Part shown: piece by piece, positions 61,831 through 64,000 of the stretch | Position numbering within the stretch: position 1 is the stretch's first letter | How the letters are laid out: every line of letters begins with the position of its first letter | NCBI GenBank assembly: GCA_963514005.1 | Contig: OY740810.1 | Span: forward strand, 17,236,001 to 17,300,000 | Direction of reading: 5' to 3' | DNA: 64,000 nucleotides | DNA from: Raja brachyura | Taxonomy: Eukaryota | The notes under the pieces: model-generated | Seen by the model: the letters and a program-made list of their open reading frames with translations, nothing else | Told to the model about the DNA's origin: nothing | The model's database searches: none | Translations under genes and position numbers: made by a program

Positions 61831-63878
61831 CTGTGACATCATATGTCAGCTTTTGTGAGGACAGTTGCATTCCCACCAGGACCCGGATGTGGTTCAACGA
61901 CGATAAGCCCTGGTGTACAGCAGAACTCAGACAGCTCCGCCAGTCTAAAGATGAGGCCTACAGGAGTGGAGATGCAGACCTCTAAAGGCAGGCCAAGTAC
62001 AAGCTGAGAAGAGGAATCAGAGCTGCCAAGGAAAAGTACTCTGAGAAGTTGAGGAGCAAGTTCTCAGCTAATGAATCTTCTTCAGTTTGGAAGGGCTTGC
62101 AAGAAATCACCAGCTACAAGAGGAATGGACAATCATCATCTGACCAACGACCTGAACGAGTTCTACTGCAGGTTTGATAAACAGAAACTTAACCTAGGTA
62201 CCCCCTCCCCAATTACCACTTCACACCAACTCACACCCTGACTCCAGTCTGCAAAGACTGGGTCTTTTCCCACCCACCCCTCTCCAATCACCACTTAACA
62301 CCCACTTACAGCCTGACTCCAGTCTGCAAAGACTGGGCCCATGTCCACTACCCATCCCCTCCTTGCTGCCCAACATCAGTCTGGCAACTTCTCCATCACC
62401 AACATTAGAAATTGAGAAGATGGAGAGGCTATTCAGAAGCCAGAAATCTCCAGGACAGAACAATGTTTCCCCCTCTATCCTCAAGCTCAGTGCCGAACAT
62501 CTGGCACAGGTCTACACAGACATTTTCAACCAGTCCCTGCAAACTCGTACTATCCCTGACTGCTTCACAGTCCCTGTACCCAAAAAAGACAAGGACAAGG
62601 CCCATTGCACTGACCTCTGTAGTCATGAAGACCCTTGAAAGACGGGCTGACCCCCTGCTGGACCCTGCATACCGGGCCAATAGATCAGTGGATGACGTAG
62701 TCAACCTAGGCTTGCACTTCATCCTCCAGCACCTAGACCGCCAGGGGACCTATGCAAGGATTTTAGCTCTGCATTCAACACCATTGTGCCAGGGCTACAA
62801 CACTCCAAACTCTCCCAGTTGACTGTGCCTAAACCTTCTGTCAGTGGATCACCGACTTCCTGACAGACAGGAAGCAGCATGTGAGGCTGGGTGAGCACAT
62901 CTCAGACCCGCAGACCCTCAGCATAGGAGCACCGCAAGGCTGTGTACTCTCCCCTCTCCTTTACTCTCCCCACACCAACAACTGCACCTCTGTCAAGCTT
63001 CTCAAGTTTGCGGACGACACAACCCTGATTGGACTGATCCAGGATAGGGAGGAATCTGCCAACAGACAGGAAGTGACACAGCTGGCGTCCTGGTGCCTTT
63101 GTAACAACCTGGAGCTCAATGCTCTTAAGGCAGTGGAATTGATAGTAGACTTTAGGAGAGCCCCCCTCCCCTCCCCCCACTCACCATCAAGGTTCACCTG
63201 CACCTCCTCCAACCTCATCTACTCCATCCGCTGTTCCAGGTGTCAACTTCTCTACATCGGTGAGACCAAGCGCAGGCTTGCCGATCGCTTCACCCAACAC
63301 CTCGCTCATGTTCGCAATAACCAACCTGATCTCCCGGTGGCTCAGCACTTCAACTCCCCCTCCCATTCCGAATCCAACCTTTCTGTCCTGGGCCTCCTCC
63401 ATTGTCAGAGTGAGGTCCAGCGCAAATTGGAGGAACAGAACTTCTCCAATTTTAGATAGTCCTGCTTTCTCCCTCCTACCCCTCCCATTAGCCTACTATC
63501 TCCGCCTCTTCCTTTCTTCCCCCTCCCCGACATCAGTCTGAAGAAGGGTCTCGACCCGAAACGTCGCCTATTCCTTCTCTCCATAGATGCTGTCTCACCC
63601 GCTGAGTTTTTCCAGCATTTCTGTCTACCATCAATAGCACCAGTCACATCTGTGGAGTCTTTTTGGGACCATCATCTCCAAGGATCTTAAATGGGGGCCA
63701 CCATCGAGGCCAAAGACAAAAAGGCCCAACAGAGGATGTACTGCCTGCGGCAGCTGAGGAAACACAATCTTCCACAGGCAATGATGGTGCAATTCTATAC
63801 TACATTGTAGAGTCTGCCCTCACCTTCTCCATCATGGTCTGGTTTGGCTCAGCCACTAAGCACAACATCCGGAGGCTC
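61831..63878 (+). mobile_element. Rex1/Babar-like LINE fragment nested in CR1
   Basis: VTSYVSFCED...[54 protein letters not shown]. Confidence 0.85.
63191..63626 (+). mobile_element. Penelope-like GIY-YIG and terminal fragment nested in the Rex1-like LINE
   Basis: 8-bp TSD ACCATCAA (63183 and 63627); NLIYSIRCSRCQLLYIGETKRRL. Confidence 0.9.
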
Positions 63879-64000
63879 AATCAATTAAATCAATCAAACA
63901 AACTTTATTGTCATTTAGAAATACATCGATATATGCAATTCCAAACGAAATTCCGTTGCATTTGGCTCCCCGTGCAACACGATAATAAACAGAAGGATAA

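Noticed and set aside
61659-61985. Chimeric CR1/Rex1 ORF as a novel LINE
   Set aside because: Nested insertion junction at about 61830; both parts are decayed.
62881-63459. Apparent RT plus GIY-YIG fusion protein
   Set aside because: Chance in-frame junction from a Penelope fragment inserted (8-bp TSD) into a Rex1-like RT.
40011-64000. MED26 or another host gene downstream of SMIM7
   Set aside because: No recognisable exons; the region is explained by TEs and AT-rich spacer.

Overview
Eukaryotic, repeat-dense vertebrate DNA. HE1/V-SINE-like, CR1, Penelope and Rex1-like repeats point to a cartilaginous fish, probably a skate or ray (inference). Two host genes lie head-to-head. TMEM38A (TRIC-A) coding exon 1 is on the minus strand (2605-2728). 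A complete five-exon SMIM7 gene is on the plus strand (6734-40010, 75 aa, all GT-AG junctions in phase). The rest is mostly transposable elements: four Tc1 loci, hAT-type elements, Helitrons, a 3.6-kb L1, many CR1/Penelope/Rex1 fragments, and a decayed epsilon-like endogenous retrovirus (about 53.3-60.5 kb) with nested insertions. Best leads: (1) a hAT-like TIR-bounded element in SMIM7 intron 3 carrying a captured TDP2 exon-1-like (UBA-like) segment with its splice donor; (2) a 2H-phosphoesterase-like domain between ERV protease and RT; (3) minimal hammerhead-ribozyme-like cores in Penelope termini and their palindromic derivatives. All family assignments come from motif recognition by eye; no database search was run.
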